DNA from: an uncultured Chloroflexia bacterium | Lineage (GTDB): Bacteria > Chloroflexota > Limnocylindria > Limnocylindrales > CSP1-4 | Assembly (NCBI GenBank): GCA_963716025.1 | Contig: CAVQSY010000068.1 | Location: forward strand, 2,108 to 66,107 | DNA: 64,000 nt | Reading direction: 5' to 3' | In this document: one piece after another, positions 24,290 to 35,413 of the stretch | How positions within the stretch are numbered: position 1 is the first letter of the stretch | How the letters are laid out: each line of letters begins with the position of its first letter | Position numbers and translations under genes: made by a program | Notes under the pieces: model-generated | Database searches by the model: none | The model's input: only the letters and a program-made list of their open reading frames with translations | What the model was told of the DNA's origin: nothing

Positions 24290-25519
24290 ATGGAGGTCCT
24301 TCGGGAGTTTCTCGAGTTCATCGAGTCGTCTCGGCCGCAGCCGGTCGAGGAGCTGCTCCGTCGGGTGTTGCTGAAGAGCCGGGAGTTGACCGGCGCCGAG
24401 GCTGGCACGGTGTTCCTGGCGCGCGGCGCCGCGGCCCGGCGTCGGCTCGAGGCGGCGAGCGTCCAGAACGACGTGATCGCTCTGGAGACGAGCGACTTCG
24501 TCGTCCCGGTGTCGCGGTCGTCCATCGCCGGGTTCACGGCGATCACCGGTGACACCGTGTTCGTCGACGACCTGTATGCGATCGGCGGCGACGTACCCTA
24601 CTCCTTCGATCCCAGCTTCGACCGCGCCTGCGGCTACCACAGCCGTTCGATGCTGTCGTTCCCGTTGCTCAACTACGCCCGGCGGGTGATCGGAGTGGTG
24701 CAGTTGATCAACCGGCGTGTGGACGGCGCGGCGGACCCGCTGCCCTTCGAGGCGAAGCAGGCGGACCTGATCGTTCCCTTCAATCACATCGTGGGCAACG
24801 CGGTCGAGCGCGCCGACATGCTCGACCGGATCCGGAGCCAGAACCTCAGGCTGCGCGACCGGAACCGGATCTTGAAGGCGCAGCGGGAACGGATCGCCGC
24901 GCTCCAGCTCGAGACGGAGGACGCCTTCCAACTGTCGATCCGGCTGCTCGCCAAGGCGGCCGAGATCCACGACGAGAACACCGCCCATCACGTCGAGCGG
25001 GTCAACGAGTACTCGCATCTGCTGGCGCGGGAAGTCGGCATGTCGGCGGCCTTCTGCGACCAGATCCGGTACTCGGCGCAGCTCCACGATGTCGGCAAGA
25101 TGAGCGTCAACGTCGCCATTCTGCGCAAGAAGGGTCCCCTCGACGACGACGAGCGAGCCGAGATGATGCGCCATCCCCACTACGGTCACGAGATCCTGTC
25201 AGCCTCCGACCGCCTCAGCCTGGCCGCTGAAATCGCCCTCAACCACCACGAGAAGTGGGACGGATCGGGCTACCCCAACCGTCGTCGAGGGCACGAGATC
25301 CCGATCTCGGCCCGAATCGTGGCGATCGCCGACATCTACGACGCCCTGCGCTCACCGCGGCCCTACAAGCCCGGGTTCACCCACGAGCATGCTCGGCGTG
25401 TGATGCTGGATGGTGATCACCGGATGGACCCGTCGAGCCACTTCGACCCGACGCTCCTCGACCTGTTCGACCGCCGACACCGAGGCTTCGCCGAGATCTA
25501 CGATCGCCTCGCCGGCTGA
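24290..25519 (+). CDS. GAF domain - HD-GYP domain protein (putative c-di-GMP phosphodiesterase)
   Basis: HDENTAHHVERV, LHDVGKM, HHEKWDGSGYPN, IVAIADIYDALRSPRPYK. Confidence 0.8.
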   Translation: MEVLREFLEFIESSRPQPVEELLRRVLLKSRELTGAEAGTVFLARGAAARRRLEAASVQNDVIALETSDFVVPVSRSSIAGFTAITGDTVFVDDLYAIGGDVPYSFDPSFDRACGYHSRSMLSFPLLNYARRVIGVVQLINRRVDGAADPLPFEAKQADLIVPFNHIVGNAVERADMLDRIRSQNLRLRDRNRILKAQRERIAALQLETEDAFQLSIRLLAKAAEIHDENTAHHVERVNEYSHLLAREVGMSAAFCDQIRYSAQLHDVGKMSVNVAILRKKGPLDDDERAEMMRHPHYGHEILSASDRLSLAAEIALNHHEKWDGSGYPNRRRGHEIPISARIVAIADIYDALRSPRPYKPGFTHEHARRVMLDGDHRMDPSSHFDPTLLDLFDRRHRGFAEIYDRLAG

Positions 25520-25605
25520 CGACGCAGCGAACTCAGCGTGAGGGAGCCCACAACCCAAGAGCGAGGAGTAGGAGAGAAAGGGATGAGGATCGAGGGGTGA
25601 CGGGG

Positions 25606-25692
25606 CTTCTCACCACAGAACCCTAGGCGTCAGCTTCTGCGGGCCTCTCCGCCCTCTGCGATTCAAGACGAAGCTTTTCACCGTAGAGGACG
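25606..25692. repeat. Short-period intergenic repeat element (TCTCACCACAGA / CTCTGCGAT type)
   Basis: CTTCTCACCACAGAACC ... CTCTGCGATTCAAGACGAAGCTTTTCACCGTAGAGGACG lies between the convergent HD-GYP and topA genes. It belongs to the same motif family as 31712-32060. Confidence 0.5.
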
Positions 25693-25706
25693 TCGTGGGT
25701 GCGCAG

Positions 25707-28410
25707 CTACGCGCCCTTCGGCCGACGGGGGGCGCGTTTGGGCTTGCCGCCGCCGGCGGCGACCTTGGCGGCGCGGGCCTCGAGCAGCTCGACGGCCCGC
25801 TCGACGGTGAGCGTCGCCGGATCCTCCTTCTTGGGGATCGTGGCGTTGAGCGTGCCGTCGGTGACGTAGGGCCCGAAACGGCCGGTCTTCACCTCGAAGC
25901 GCCACCCCGCTGCTGGTCGGGTGGGGTCCGAGCTCTCTGATCACCGCCGGCTGGGCGCTGCGGCCGCGGGACTTGGGCTGACGGAGAATCTCGACCGCTT
26001 CCTCGAGCGTCACCGTCGCCAGGCGATCCTGGCTGCCCAGGCTGCGGGTCTCCTCGCCCATCTTGAGGTAGGGTCCGAAGCGGCCGTCCTGCGCGATGAT
26101 CATCTCGCCGGTGTCGGGGTGGCGGCCGAGGTCCTTGGGAAACGAGAGCAGCAGGAGTGCCGTCTCGAGATCCAGCTCGGCGGGCTCCATCCCCTTCCAC
26201 AGGCTCGCCATCCTGGGTTTGGTGCCTTTCTTGAGGGCGCCACCGTTGTTGCGCTCGGCGTCGCCGAGCTGGACGTAGGGACCGAAGCGGCCGTCCTTGA
26301 GGTAGACCGGCTTGCCCGTGGCGGGGTCCTGGCCGAGCTCTCGGGCGCCCTGGCCGGAGCGCTCGACGAGGGTCAGCGCGGCGGCGACCGTGAGCTCGTC
26401 GGGGACGGTGTCGTCCGGAACCGTCGCGCGGCGATCGCTGTCACCGATCTGCACGTAGGCGCCGTAGCGGCCGATCCGGACCGAGACCTCGTCGCCGCCC
26501 TCGGTCTCGCCGATCCGGATCCGCGAGATGTCCTGCGGAGCGATGTCACGGCTGGAGGTCTCGATCTGTCGTTGCAGCCCGATCCGGAGCAGGGCCCGTC
26601 CGCCATCAGCAGCCTCGCCGCCGAAGTAGAACTCGCGAAGCCAGGGCACGGGCTCCCGCTCGCCGCGGGCAATCGTGTCGAGCTCGTCCTCCATCGCGGC
26701 CGTGAAGTCGTAGTCGACGAGGTCGGGCAGAGCAGTGCTCGAGCAGCCGCGTCGACCGCGAAGGCGATGAAGGTCGGGACGAGCGCCGGACCCTTGTGGA
26801 ACACGTAGCCGCGGTCCTGGATGGTCTGGATGATCGTGGCGTAGGTCGAGGGCCGGCCGATGCCGCGCGCCTCGAGCTCCTTGACCAGGCTCGCCTCGGT
26901 GTAGCGCGGCGGCGGCTGGGTCGTGTGGTGAGTCGTCTCGAGGTCCCTGCGAGGTTCAGTGCCTGGCCCTGCCGCAGCGGCGGCAGGACCCGCTCCTGGT
27001 CGGCGAGCTCGGCCTGGGGATCGTCCGAGCCCTCGACGTAGGCGCGCAGGAAGCCCGGGAAGGTGATCACCTTGCCCGACGCGGTGAATACCGCCAGCCC
27101 GTCGCTCGCCGCCATCGGCCTCGATCCGGACGGTGGTGCGCCGGCCAGCGGCGTCCTTCATCTGCGAGGCGAGGGTGCGCTTCCAGATCAGCTCGTAGAG
27201 CTTGAACTGGTCGGCCGTCGAGCATCCCGCGCAGGCTCTGCGGGTGTCCGGAAGCGCGTCGCCGGCGGGCCGGATCGCCTCGTGCGCCTCCTGCGCGTTC
27301 TTTCGACTTCGAGCGTGTAGATGCCGCGGCCGCTCCGGCAGGTAGTGACCGCCGTACAGCTCCTCGACCTGGCGCCGCGCGGCGTCGATGGCCTCGCTCC
27401 GACAGCTGCACGCGAATCGGTTCGCATGTAGGTGATGTAGCCGTTCTCGTACAGGCTCTGGGCCACCCGCATCGTGCGCTGGGCGTTGAAGCGGAGCTTG
27501 CGTCCCGCCTCCTGCTGCAGGGTGGAGGTCATGAACGGCGGATACGGGCGAGTCGTGAACGGCTTCTCGCGTCGACCTCGGTGACGCGCGAAGTCGCGCC
27601 CGCTCGAGCGCTGCGCCGAGGCGCGTCGGCGCCGGTCTCGTCGAGCACCACGGACGTCGGCCCCCTTGAGCTCGCCGCGTTTCCGCGTCGAAGTCCTTGC
27701 CGATGGCGACGCGGCGGCCGTCGAGCTCGGCGAGCCGCGCCGTGACAGCTCGCCCTTTGCCGGCGTCGCCGGCGAGCTCGCCTCGAGGCCCCAGTAGGCG
27801 GCCTCGACGAAATCGCATGCGGGCCGCGCTCGCGCTCGACCACCAGCGCGGGTGGCGACCGACTGCACCCGGCCGGCGGAGAGCCTGGGCTTGACCTTCC
27901 TCCACAGCAGCGGCGAGCACCTCGTAGCCGACCAGCCGGTCGAGAATGCGCCGCGCCTCCTGGGCGTCGACGAGGTCGCGGTCGATGTCGCGGGGCTCTT
28001 CGAGGGCGCTCGTCGATCGCGGCCTTGGTGATCTCGTGGAAGACCATCCGCCGGACCGGGACACTTCGGCTTCAGCACCTCGACCAGGTGCCAGGCGATC
28101 GCCTCGCCCTCGCGGTCCTCGTCTGTCGCGAGGTAGAGCACGTCGGCGGTCTTGAGCTTTTCCTGCAGCTTTGTGACCTGGGCCTTCTTGCCGGGCGGGA
28201 CGATGTAGAGCGGCTTGAAGTCGGACTCGACGTCGACGCCGAGCCGGGCCCACGGCTCGTTCTTGTCGGCTTGGCGGGGATCTCCGCGGCGGTCGAGGGC
28301 AGGTCGCGGATGTGGCCGATCGAGGACTCGACCACGTAGTCGGAGCCGAGGTAGCGCGCGATGGTGCGCGCCTTGGCTGGCGACTCGACGATGATGAGGG
28401 TTCTCGCCAT
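25707..28410 (-). pseudogene. topA: DNA topoisomerase I, many frameshifts in the 5' two-thirds (26700-28300); 25920-26694 reads cleanly
   Basis: [38 protein letters not shown] (Toprim); [18 protein letters not shown]; RLSAGRVQSVA; TLQQEAGRKLRF; YENGYITYMRTDS; KNAQEAHEAIRP; [25 protein letters not shown]; C-terminal repeats GRFGPYV. The pieces lie in at least 6 ORF-track fragments. Confidence 0.85.
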
Positions 28411-29040
28411 AGGTCCCCTAGGAGAGCCGACATGCCGACCCTTGTCAAGCTCGGGGCTTCCGCTCGGCGACCGTCCGCGGGCCCTCCGAAGCAACGGAAG
28501 TGTGTCCCGGCGCGGTCGGTTGCCGCCTCGTCCCCGAGCCCCGCTCTGCTATGATCCGTTGCTGTCGCGGCACGCGATCGGAGGCTGGCAGATGGGTCCG
28601 TGGTTGGTCGATGTGGCACAACGCAATGAGCTCGATCCCTGGCTCAGGGCACCGACCCGGTTCCCTACCAGCCGGTCGTGCTGATCGTACGCGGTGACGA
28701 CGACGTCATGCGGGAGCTGCTACCGAACGCCCTCGACGCCGCCAAGATCGCACCGGCGCACCGGGTGGTCTGTGGGTGAAGGACCCGGCGCTGCTCAAGG
28801 ATGAGGAAGCCGCGACGTTATTCAGCAGCAGCGGCGAGCTCGGAGTGGCGATCGTGCGCCGCGGTGCGTCTCCGACGGAGCCATCCGGGTGAAGACGCCC
28901 TGTTGATTGTAGGCGCCGATCGCACTCGGCAGTCGGCGATGCGCTGCGTCGCCGTCGGGAGTCAGGCCACATCCGGTGGGCTGGACACGTCCTGGTGCCG
29001 ATCCGCTCCCGCGCCTGGCCGTGTGAACTGGAGAGACACG

Positions 29041-31708
29041 ATGACCGAGATTCCGAGATCGATACGATCACCTGCGACGCCGAGCGCCGGTGGCAGCGAG
29101 CGCTGGGACGAGTGGCAGCTGCATCGCTGGGATCCGACCCGCCCGAGGGAAGCGCACCTTCGTGGTCGACACCCCGCCGCCGACGGTGTCGGGCTCGCTC
29201 CATGTCGGCCACGTCTTCAGCTACACCCACCAGGATCTGCTGGTGCGCTTCCAGCGCATGCAGGGGCAGCAACATCGCCTACCCGATGGGCTGGGACGAC
29301 AACGGCCTGCCGACCGAGCGCCGCGTTCAGAACCTGCTCGGCATCCGCTGCAACCCCCACCTGCCCTACGACCCGGACTGGCAGCCGGAGAAGGTCGACG
29401 GCAAGAGGAAGAAGGACATCCGTCGAGGAGGTCTCACGGCGCAACTTCATCGAGGCCTGCGCGCCGATCACCGAGGAGGACGAGACAGGCCTTCGAGCAT
29501 CTCTGGCGGCGCCTCGGTCTGTCGCTCGACTGGGCGGAGCAGTACGCGACGATCGACGAGCACTGCCGGCGGATTTCGCAGCTGTCCTTCCTCGACCTGG
29601 TGGCCAAGGACCTCGTCTACAACGTCGAGTCGCCGACCATGTGGGACATCGACTTCAAGACCGCGGTGGCTCAGGCCGAGGTCGAGGACCGGCCGCAGCA
29701 GGGGCTGTTCCACGACGTCCGTTTCGCGGTCGAGGGCGGCGGCGAGCTGCTCATCGCGACGACCCGGCCCGAGCTGTTGGCGGCCTGCATCGCAGTCGTC
29801 GCCCATCCCGACGACGAGCGCTATCAGCCGCTGTTCGGCAAGCTACGCGATCACGCCGCTGTACGGCGCGCGGGTGCCGATCTCGCCGCCGAGCACGCCG
29901 ATCCCGAGAAGGGGACCGGCATCCTGATGGTCTGCACCTTCGGCGACGCCATGGACGTCGAGTGGTGGAAGCAGTCCGGCCTGGCGGTGCAAGCAGGTCA
30001 TCGGGCGCGACGGACGGATGATGCCGGTCACTTTCGGCGCGGCGCCCTTCGAGACGCATCGATGCAGTGGCGGCCCAGACCGCGCTTCGACCAGATCGCC
30101 GGGCTGACGGCGAAGCAGGCGAAGGCGAAGAGTCGCCGAGCTCTCGGCGGAGGACGGCTGCGTTTCCCGGCGGCGGCGCGGCCCTCGTCGGCGAGCCCCG
30201 ACCGACCGACCAGATGGTCAAGTTCTACGAGAAGGGCGATCGCCCGCTCGAGTTCGTGCCGACCCGCCAGTGGTTCGTCAAGATCCTCGAGCACCAAGAG
30301 GCGCTGCTCGCACAAGGCGAGAAGATCCAGTGGCACCCGGCGCACATGCGTACGCGGTACGACCACTGGGTCGAGGGCTTGAATCAGGACTGGTGCATCT
30401 CCCGCCAGCGCTACTTCGGAGTGCCGTTTCCGGTGTGGTACCGGGTCGGGGCGGACGGGGAGCCGCTTTTCGACGAAGCCGATCTACGCCGATGCCGAGA
30501 GCCTGCCCGTCGACCCGCTGTACCGACGTACCGCCCGGGTTCGAGGAGGCGCAGCGCGACGTTCCGGGAGGGTTCACCGGCGATCCCGACGTGATGGACA
30601 CCTGGGCGACCTCGTCCCTGACGCCCGCAGATCCAGTCGCATTGGGGCATCGATCAGCGCCGCCACGAGAGCCTGTTTCCGATGGACGTGCGGCCGCAGT
30701 CGCACGAGATCATCCGCACCTGGGCGTTCTACACGATCGTCAAGGCGTGGATGCACTCCGACGACATCCCCTGGCGCCACGTCGTGATTTCTGGCTGGAT
30801 TCTCGACCCGGACCGAAAGAAGATGTCCAAGTCGAAGGGCAACGTAGTTACGCCAGAGGGCCTGCTCGACGAGTGGACAGCGGACGGCGTGCGCTACTGG
30901 GCGGCGCGGGCGCGGTTGGGAACCGACACGGCCTTACGACCCGGGCGTCTTCAAGGTCGGCAAGCGGCTCGTCAACAAGGTCTTCAACGCCAGCCGGTTC
31001 GTGCTGATGCAGCTCGACAGGGTCGGCGGCGAAGGGCAGACCCTTCCCGGCGTCGAGCACATCACCGAGCCCCTCGACCTGGCTTTCGTCGAGCGCCTGC
31101 GCGACGATCATCGAGCAAAGCGACTGCGGGCGTTCGACGCTTTCGACTACGCCACTGCCCTGCAGGTCGCCGAGGACGATTTCTGGCAGTTTCTGCGACC
31201 ATTACCTCGAGCTCGTCAAGCTGCGCTCCTACGACGAGGACGACACCCCCGAGCGGCGCTCGGCGCTGGCGGCCCTGCTCTGGGGCCTGCGCACCTTCCT
31301 GCGGCTGCTCGCTCCGTTCCTGCCCTTCGTCACCGAAGAGGTGTGGTCGTGGCGGTTCGCCGCCGACGAGGGTCGAGAGCGATCCGTCCACACCGCGCGC
31401 GTGGCCGAGCGTCGACGAGGTCGAGGCGGTGGCTCGCGCCGCGCACGAAGACGTCTACGGTTCGCCGTCGAGCTGCTGGCGGCGATCCGCGGCGCCAAGA
31501 CGGCTGCGCAGAAGAGCCTGCGGTGGCCGGTGGCGACGATCGAGATCGTCGGTCCCGCAGCAGCTCCGCACAGCCCTCGACACCGGTGCTCGACGACGTC
31601 CTGCGCGCCGGCAACGTCGTGGAGGGCGCCACCACCATTGTCGACGGTGCGGCCCTCGAAGGGCAGCGTTTCACGATCACCGTCGAGCTCGGCGAAACCG
31701 CCGACTGA
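29041..31708 (+). pseudogene. valS: Valine-tRNA ligase (archaeal/actinobacterial type), many frameshifts
   Basis: FVVDTPPPTVSGSLHVGHVFSYTHQD; YPMGWDDNGLPTERRVQN; TRPELLAACIAVVAHPDDERY; WCISRQRYFGVPFPVWY; DVMDTWATSSLTP; DPDRKKMSKSKGNVV. The fragments alternate between all three plus frames. Confidence 0.8.
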
Positions 31709-31711
31709 GCG

Positions 31712-32060
31712 GGACAGGCCTTCTCACCACAGAGGAACGAAGATCCTGCGCGGGCCCACCCGGAGCCTGGCAGCAGGTGATGAACCACAGGCCCACAAGG
31801 GCACGGAGCTGAGGGTCTGGCGGACCCGCAGACGCAGTACGGCGGCATCTCGCCCCGATCGGGAAGCGCCCTCTGCGATCCTCTGCGCCCTCAGCGGTTC
31901 AATACGTGGATTCTCACCGCAGAGGACGCAGAGGATCGCAGAGGAGCCGAAGCGGGAGTCTCGGGCGTGCAACCGAGAACCGACAGGCGAGTCGGTTGCG
32001 GTGTGCATGGGTGTCCGTTGGTGGTTCTCTGTGACTCTGGGTCTCTGTGGCGAGAGATGC
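31712..32060. repeat. Cluster of short-period intergenic repeats (TCTCACCACAGAGGA / CGCAGAGGATCGCAGAGGA and their complements)
   Basis: TTCTCACCACAGAGGAACGAAGATCC; CCCTCTGCGATCCTCTGCGCCCTCAGCGGTTCAA; TTCTCACCGCAGAGGACGCAGAGGATCGCAGAGGA; GGTTCTCTGTGACTCTGGGTCTCTGTGGCGAGA. Forward and inverted copies occur. Confidence 0.7.
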
Positions 32061-32237
32061 CGCCTCGCAGTGCGTTGACGGTTGCGGAGTGTGGTATGGT
32101 GTGCCGTCGTTTGGCTCGCTGCCCTGTCCTCGGGATTTCACACCAGCAGCCCAGGTTCAACTCAATCCACGGCCCCGGTGTGAAGGCGCCTCGATGTCAC
32201 GGGTCTCACGACCCGAGACCCGACACTACAGGAAGCG

Positions 32238-33879
32238 ATGATGCTCGACTCTCTCTTCGCTGAGGTCCCGGTGGGCCTCGGTCCGGTTCTGGCCGATCGC
32301 GGCTTCGACACTCTGACCGACATCCAGCGGGCGGTTCTCGCCCCCGGTCTCGCCGGGCGTGATCTGCGGATCTCCTCGCAGACCGGCTCGGGGAAGACGG
32401 TGGCGCTCGGCCTCGTCGTCGCCGCCGAGGTGGCCGAGGCGGTGGCCGCTGGGACATCCGGCCCGGGCCCCGCTCGTCCAGCCGTGCTGCTGGTCGCTCC
32501 GACCCGGGAGCTGGCGGTTCAGCTCGCCGGCGAGCTGCGCTGGCTCTTCGCCCCACTCGGTGCCGAGGTTGGCTCGGTCACCGGCGGCACCTCGGTCGAA
32601 GGCGACCTGCGTCTGCTTCGCCGCCGTCCCCCGGTGCTGGTCGGAACCCCGGGGCGCCTCGTCGATCACCTGCGTCGCGGATCCCCTCGTCCTCGACGCG
32701 GTGACGGCGGTGGCACTCGACGAGGCGGACGAGATGTTGGCCCTCGGCTTCGCCGAGGAGGTTTCGGCGATTCTCGAGGTGACGCCGGCGGACCGCCGGA
32801 CCCATCTCCTGTCTGCGACGTTCCCGGCAGCGGTGCGGGCGGTGGCCGATCGTGCTCAGCGCGATCCGGTCATGGTCACTGGCGCTGCACCGGGCGAGGC
32901 CAATGCCGACATCGACCACCATGCGATGCTGGTCGCCAGGGGCGACCGGCTGGCTGCGCTGGTCAATCTGCTGCTTCTCGATCCCGAGCAGAAGACCCTC
33001 GTGTTCGTGCGCACACGAGTTGACGTGGGGGAGCTCACCGAACGGCTGGCCGCGCTCGGGCTCGCCGCCCACGCCCTGTCGGGCGAGCTCAACCAGCGGG
33101 AGCGCACCGCCTCGCTCAACGGTTTTCGCGAGGGTGCGGTGCCGGTGCTGGTGGCCACCGACGTGGCCGCACGCGGCCTCGACGTTCAGGACATCGGTCG
33201 GGTGGTCCACGTCGACCTTCCGGTCAACGCCGAGGTGCTGACGCACCGCAGCGGCCGCACTGGTCGCGCCGGCCGCAAGGGCACCAGCGTCCTGTTCGTG
33301 CCGCCTGGCGCCGGCGGGCGCGTCGATCGCATGCTGCGCGAGGCCGGGATTTCGGCCAGCCGGTGCCCTGTTCCCGGTCCGGAGGAGGTCCGCCGTGCCG
33401 CCGACGAGCGTCTGCTGCGCCAGTTGTCGCCCGATCCCGACAGCGAGCGTGTGAACGAGCGGTTCTATCGCCTCGCCGAGGCGCTTCTTGCCGACCGGGA
33501 CCCGGTGCAGCTGGTCGCGTCCATGCTCGAGGCCGGCCGTCACACGGGACCATGCGAGCCGTACGAGATCCGGCAGCCGGCGCCAGAGCGGCCGGCGCGT
33601 CGTGGTCCGGCGCCGGATCGCGGCCACGGGAATCGCGGCTGGGCCAGGTTTCAGGTCAGCTGGGGCAGTCAGCACGGTGCCGATCCACGGCGGCTGCTGG
33701 CCGTCGTGTGCCGCCGCGGCGGTATCAGCAGCGGCGAGGTCGGTCTGATCCAGGTCGGCGAGCGCTCATCCATGGTCGAGGTCACCGAGCGGGTGGCCAC
33801 CACCTTCGCCCAATCGGCGAGTCGGCCCGACCCGCGCGACCCGCACATCAAGATCCGCGAGTGGCGCACCGGCCGGTAG
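32238..33879 (+). CDS. DEAD-box ATP-dependent RNA helicase with DbpA-like C-terminal RNA-binding domain (one frameshift near 32680)
   Basis: TDIQRAVL (Q motif region), SQTGSGKT, PTRELA, LDEADEM, SAT, VATDVAARGLD, HRSGRTGRAG. Confidence 0.85.
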
Positions 33880-34074
33880 GGCTGAATCCGACCGGAGAGG
33901 TCTCACCTCCGAGACGCAGAGATCACAGCAGCGCGGGCGAGCCCACGAGCGAATCGCAGTGCGTGAGCCCTTGTGACCCGGGAGCGGCGCGGGAAAAGCG
34001 CGGAGACAGTTCCTCTCTGCGCCTTTTCGATCTGCTCTCCGGGTGGAAGAGGGGGTCCGGACCCTGAAACCGGC

Positions 34075-35286
34075 CTACGGCAGCAGCTCGACCGGGGCGG
34101 TGGTGATGTTCCAGGTGAAGCCGGACAGGCCGTCGGGGTGGGTGTAGAGGGTCTCCCTGACCGGCTGCCCGTCGGTCCATACGTAGCGGTTGACCTGAGC
34201 CGCCTGATCGTTCGCGACGTAGAGCTCGTCGGCGCCGTTCCCGTCGAGGTCGGTCAGCAGGGCGGCGTGCTCGAATCCCCCGGAGTCTCGGTCGAACGAG
34301 GTCACGCTCCACTCGGCCGCCGGGTCGGTGGGAGGCCGCAGCAGCCAGAGGCCACTCTTGTGCGCGGCGGCGACCATCTCGGTGGTGCCGTCGCCGTCGA
34401 TGTCGCCGGCGGTCAGGAAGCGGCACAGCTTGTCAGGAAGGTGCGCGATCACCCGGGCCGCGTCGGCCGGGGTGTCGGCGTCGTAGCGCCGAATCTCGAC
34501 CTCGCCGCCGGCCACCGCCTCGACCACGACGTAGAGCTCGTCCGTGCCATCGCCGTCGACGTCGTCGACGAGGATTTCCTTGGCATGGCGGTCGCCGAGG
34601 GCGGCGACCACCGTGCGGGCACCGCCGGGCTCAGTGGGCAGGTAGCGCACCACCTCGCCGGGTTGCGGTGAGCCGTCGAGCTTGTTGGGTGCGCTCGGGG
34701 TGGCGTAGATCTCCGGCCGGCCGTCGCCGTCGAGGTCGCCGACCTCGACCTCGTGGACGATGGTGTTCGGTTGCTCGTCGAGCCGGGTGACGGTCCAGGC
34801 ACCGCCGGCCGGGGACACCCAGGCGACGACGCCCTGGTCGTGGGTCACCACGGCGAGGTCGTCGAGGCCGTCACCATCGAGGTCGGCGATCTCGACGTCG
34901 CGCATCCGGCTCCACTTGCCACCGAAATCGGCCTCCCACACCAGCTCTGGGTCCGCGTCGGGGCGTCGCAGCTTGAGGATGGCGCGGCTGCCTCCGGCGG
35001 TCAGGATGCCGGCTTCCCCAGGCTTCGGCGAGTACACCAGGGCCTTGTGGAAGACGTTCGAGTCGGGGTCGTCGATGGCCTGGTAGCTCCAGGAGATGCC
35101 GTCGGAGGTCAGGATGCCGAGCTCAGCCGGCTGCGGCAGCGGCCGTCCCGAGGCGTCCTTGCCGAGCACCGCCAGGGCGAGGAGCAGACCCTGGGTGGGA
35201 GGTGTGGGCGGCGGTGGGGGTGCGGCGCAGGCGCCGATCGTGAGCGAGGTGACCAGGATCGCGATGGCGGAACGGGTGTGAGGCAT
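34075..35286 (-). CDS. FG-GAP/VCBS-repeat lipoprotein
   Basis: Lipobox LTIGAC. Repeated Ca-binding-type motifs: ADLDGDG, GDLDGDG, DDVDGDG, GDIDGDG, TDLDGNG. Confidence 0.7.
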   Translation of the reverse strand: MPHTRSAIAILVTSLTIGACAAPPPPPTPPTQGLLLALAVLGKDASGRPLPQPAELGILTSDGISWSYQAIDDPDSNVFHKALVYSPKPGEAGILTAGGSRAILKLRRPDADPELVWEADFGGKWSRMRDVEIADLDGDGLDDLAVVTHDQGVVAWVSPAGGAWTVTRLDEQPNTIVHEVEVGDLDGDGRPEIYATPSAPNKLDGSPQPGEVVRYLPTEPGGARTVVAALGDRHAKEILVDDVDGDGTDELYVVVEAVAGGEVEIRRYDADTPADAARVIAHLPDKLCRFLTAGDIDGDGTTEMVAAAHKSGLWLLRPPTDPAAEWSVTSFDRDSGGFEHAALLTDLDGNGADELYVANDQAAQVNRYVWTDGQPVRETLYTHPDGLSGFTWNITTAPVELLP

Positions 35287-35413
35287 GAGGGGGACTCTCC
35301 GTCGGTGTGGTGTCACGGCCCGCCGGGGCGGGTCACGACATGGTACCCGATCTCAGCGTCGGCCGGCAGCGCGCATGGTAGACTGCGCCCGATTCGGTCG
35401 CGGAGGTAAGGTC

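Noticed and set aside
28592-29000. Possible small CDS between topA and valS (MGPWLVDVAQRNELDPW..., then ...VVLIVRGDDDVMRELLPNALDAAKIAPAH... in another frame).
   Set aside because: No continuous frame survives, the resemblance to any family (a faint nitroreductase-like pattern) is weak, and the region lies in a heavily frameshifted block. There is not enough support to annotate it.
25707-31708. Programmed ribosomal frameshifting or recoding in topA and valS (and ileS, polA).
   Set aside because: There are far too many frame changes per gene, in both directions, and I noticed no slippery-site or stimulator pattern. Sequence error or decay is the parsimonious reading.
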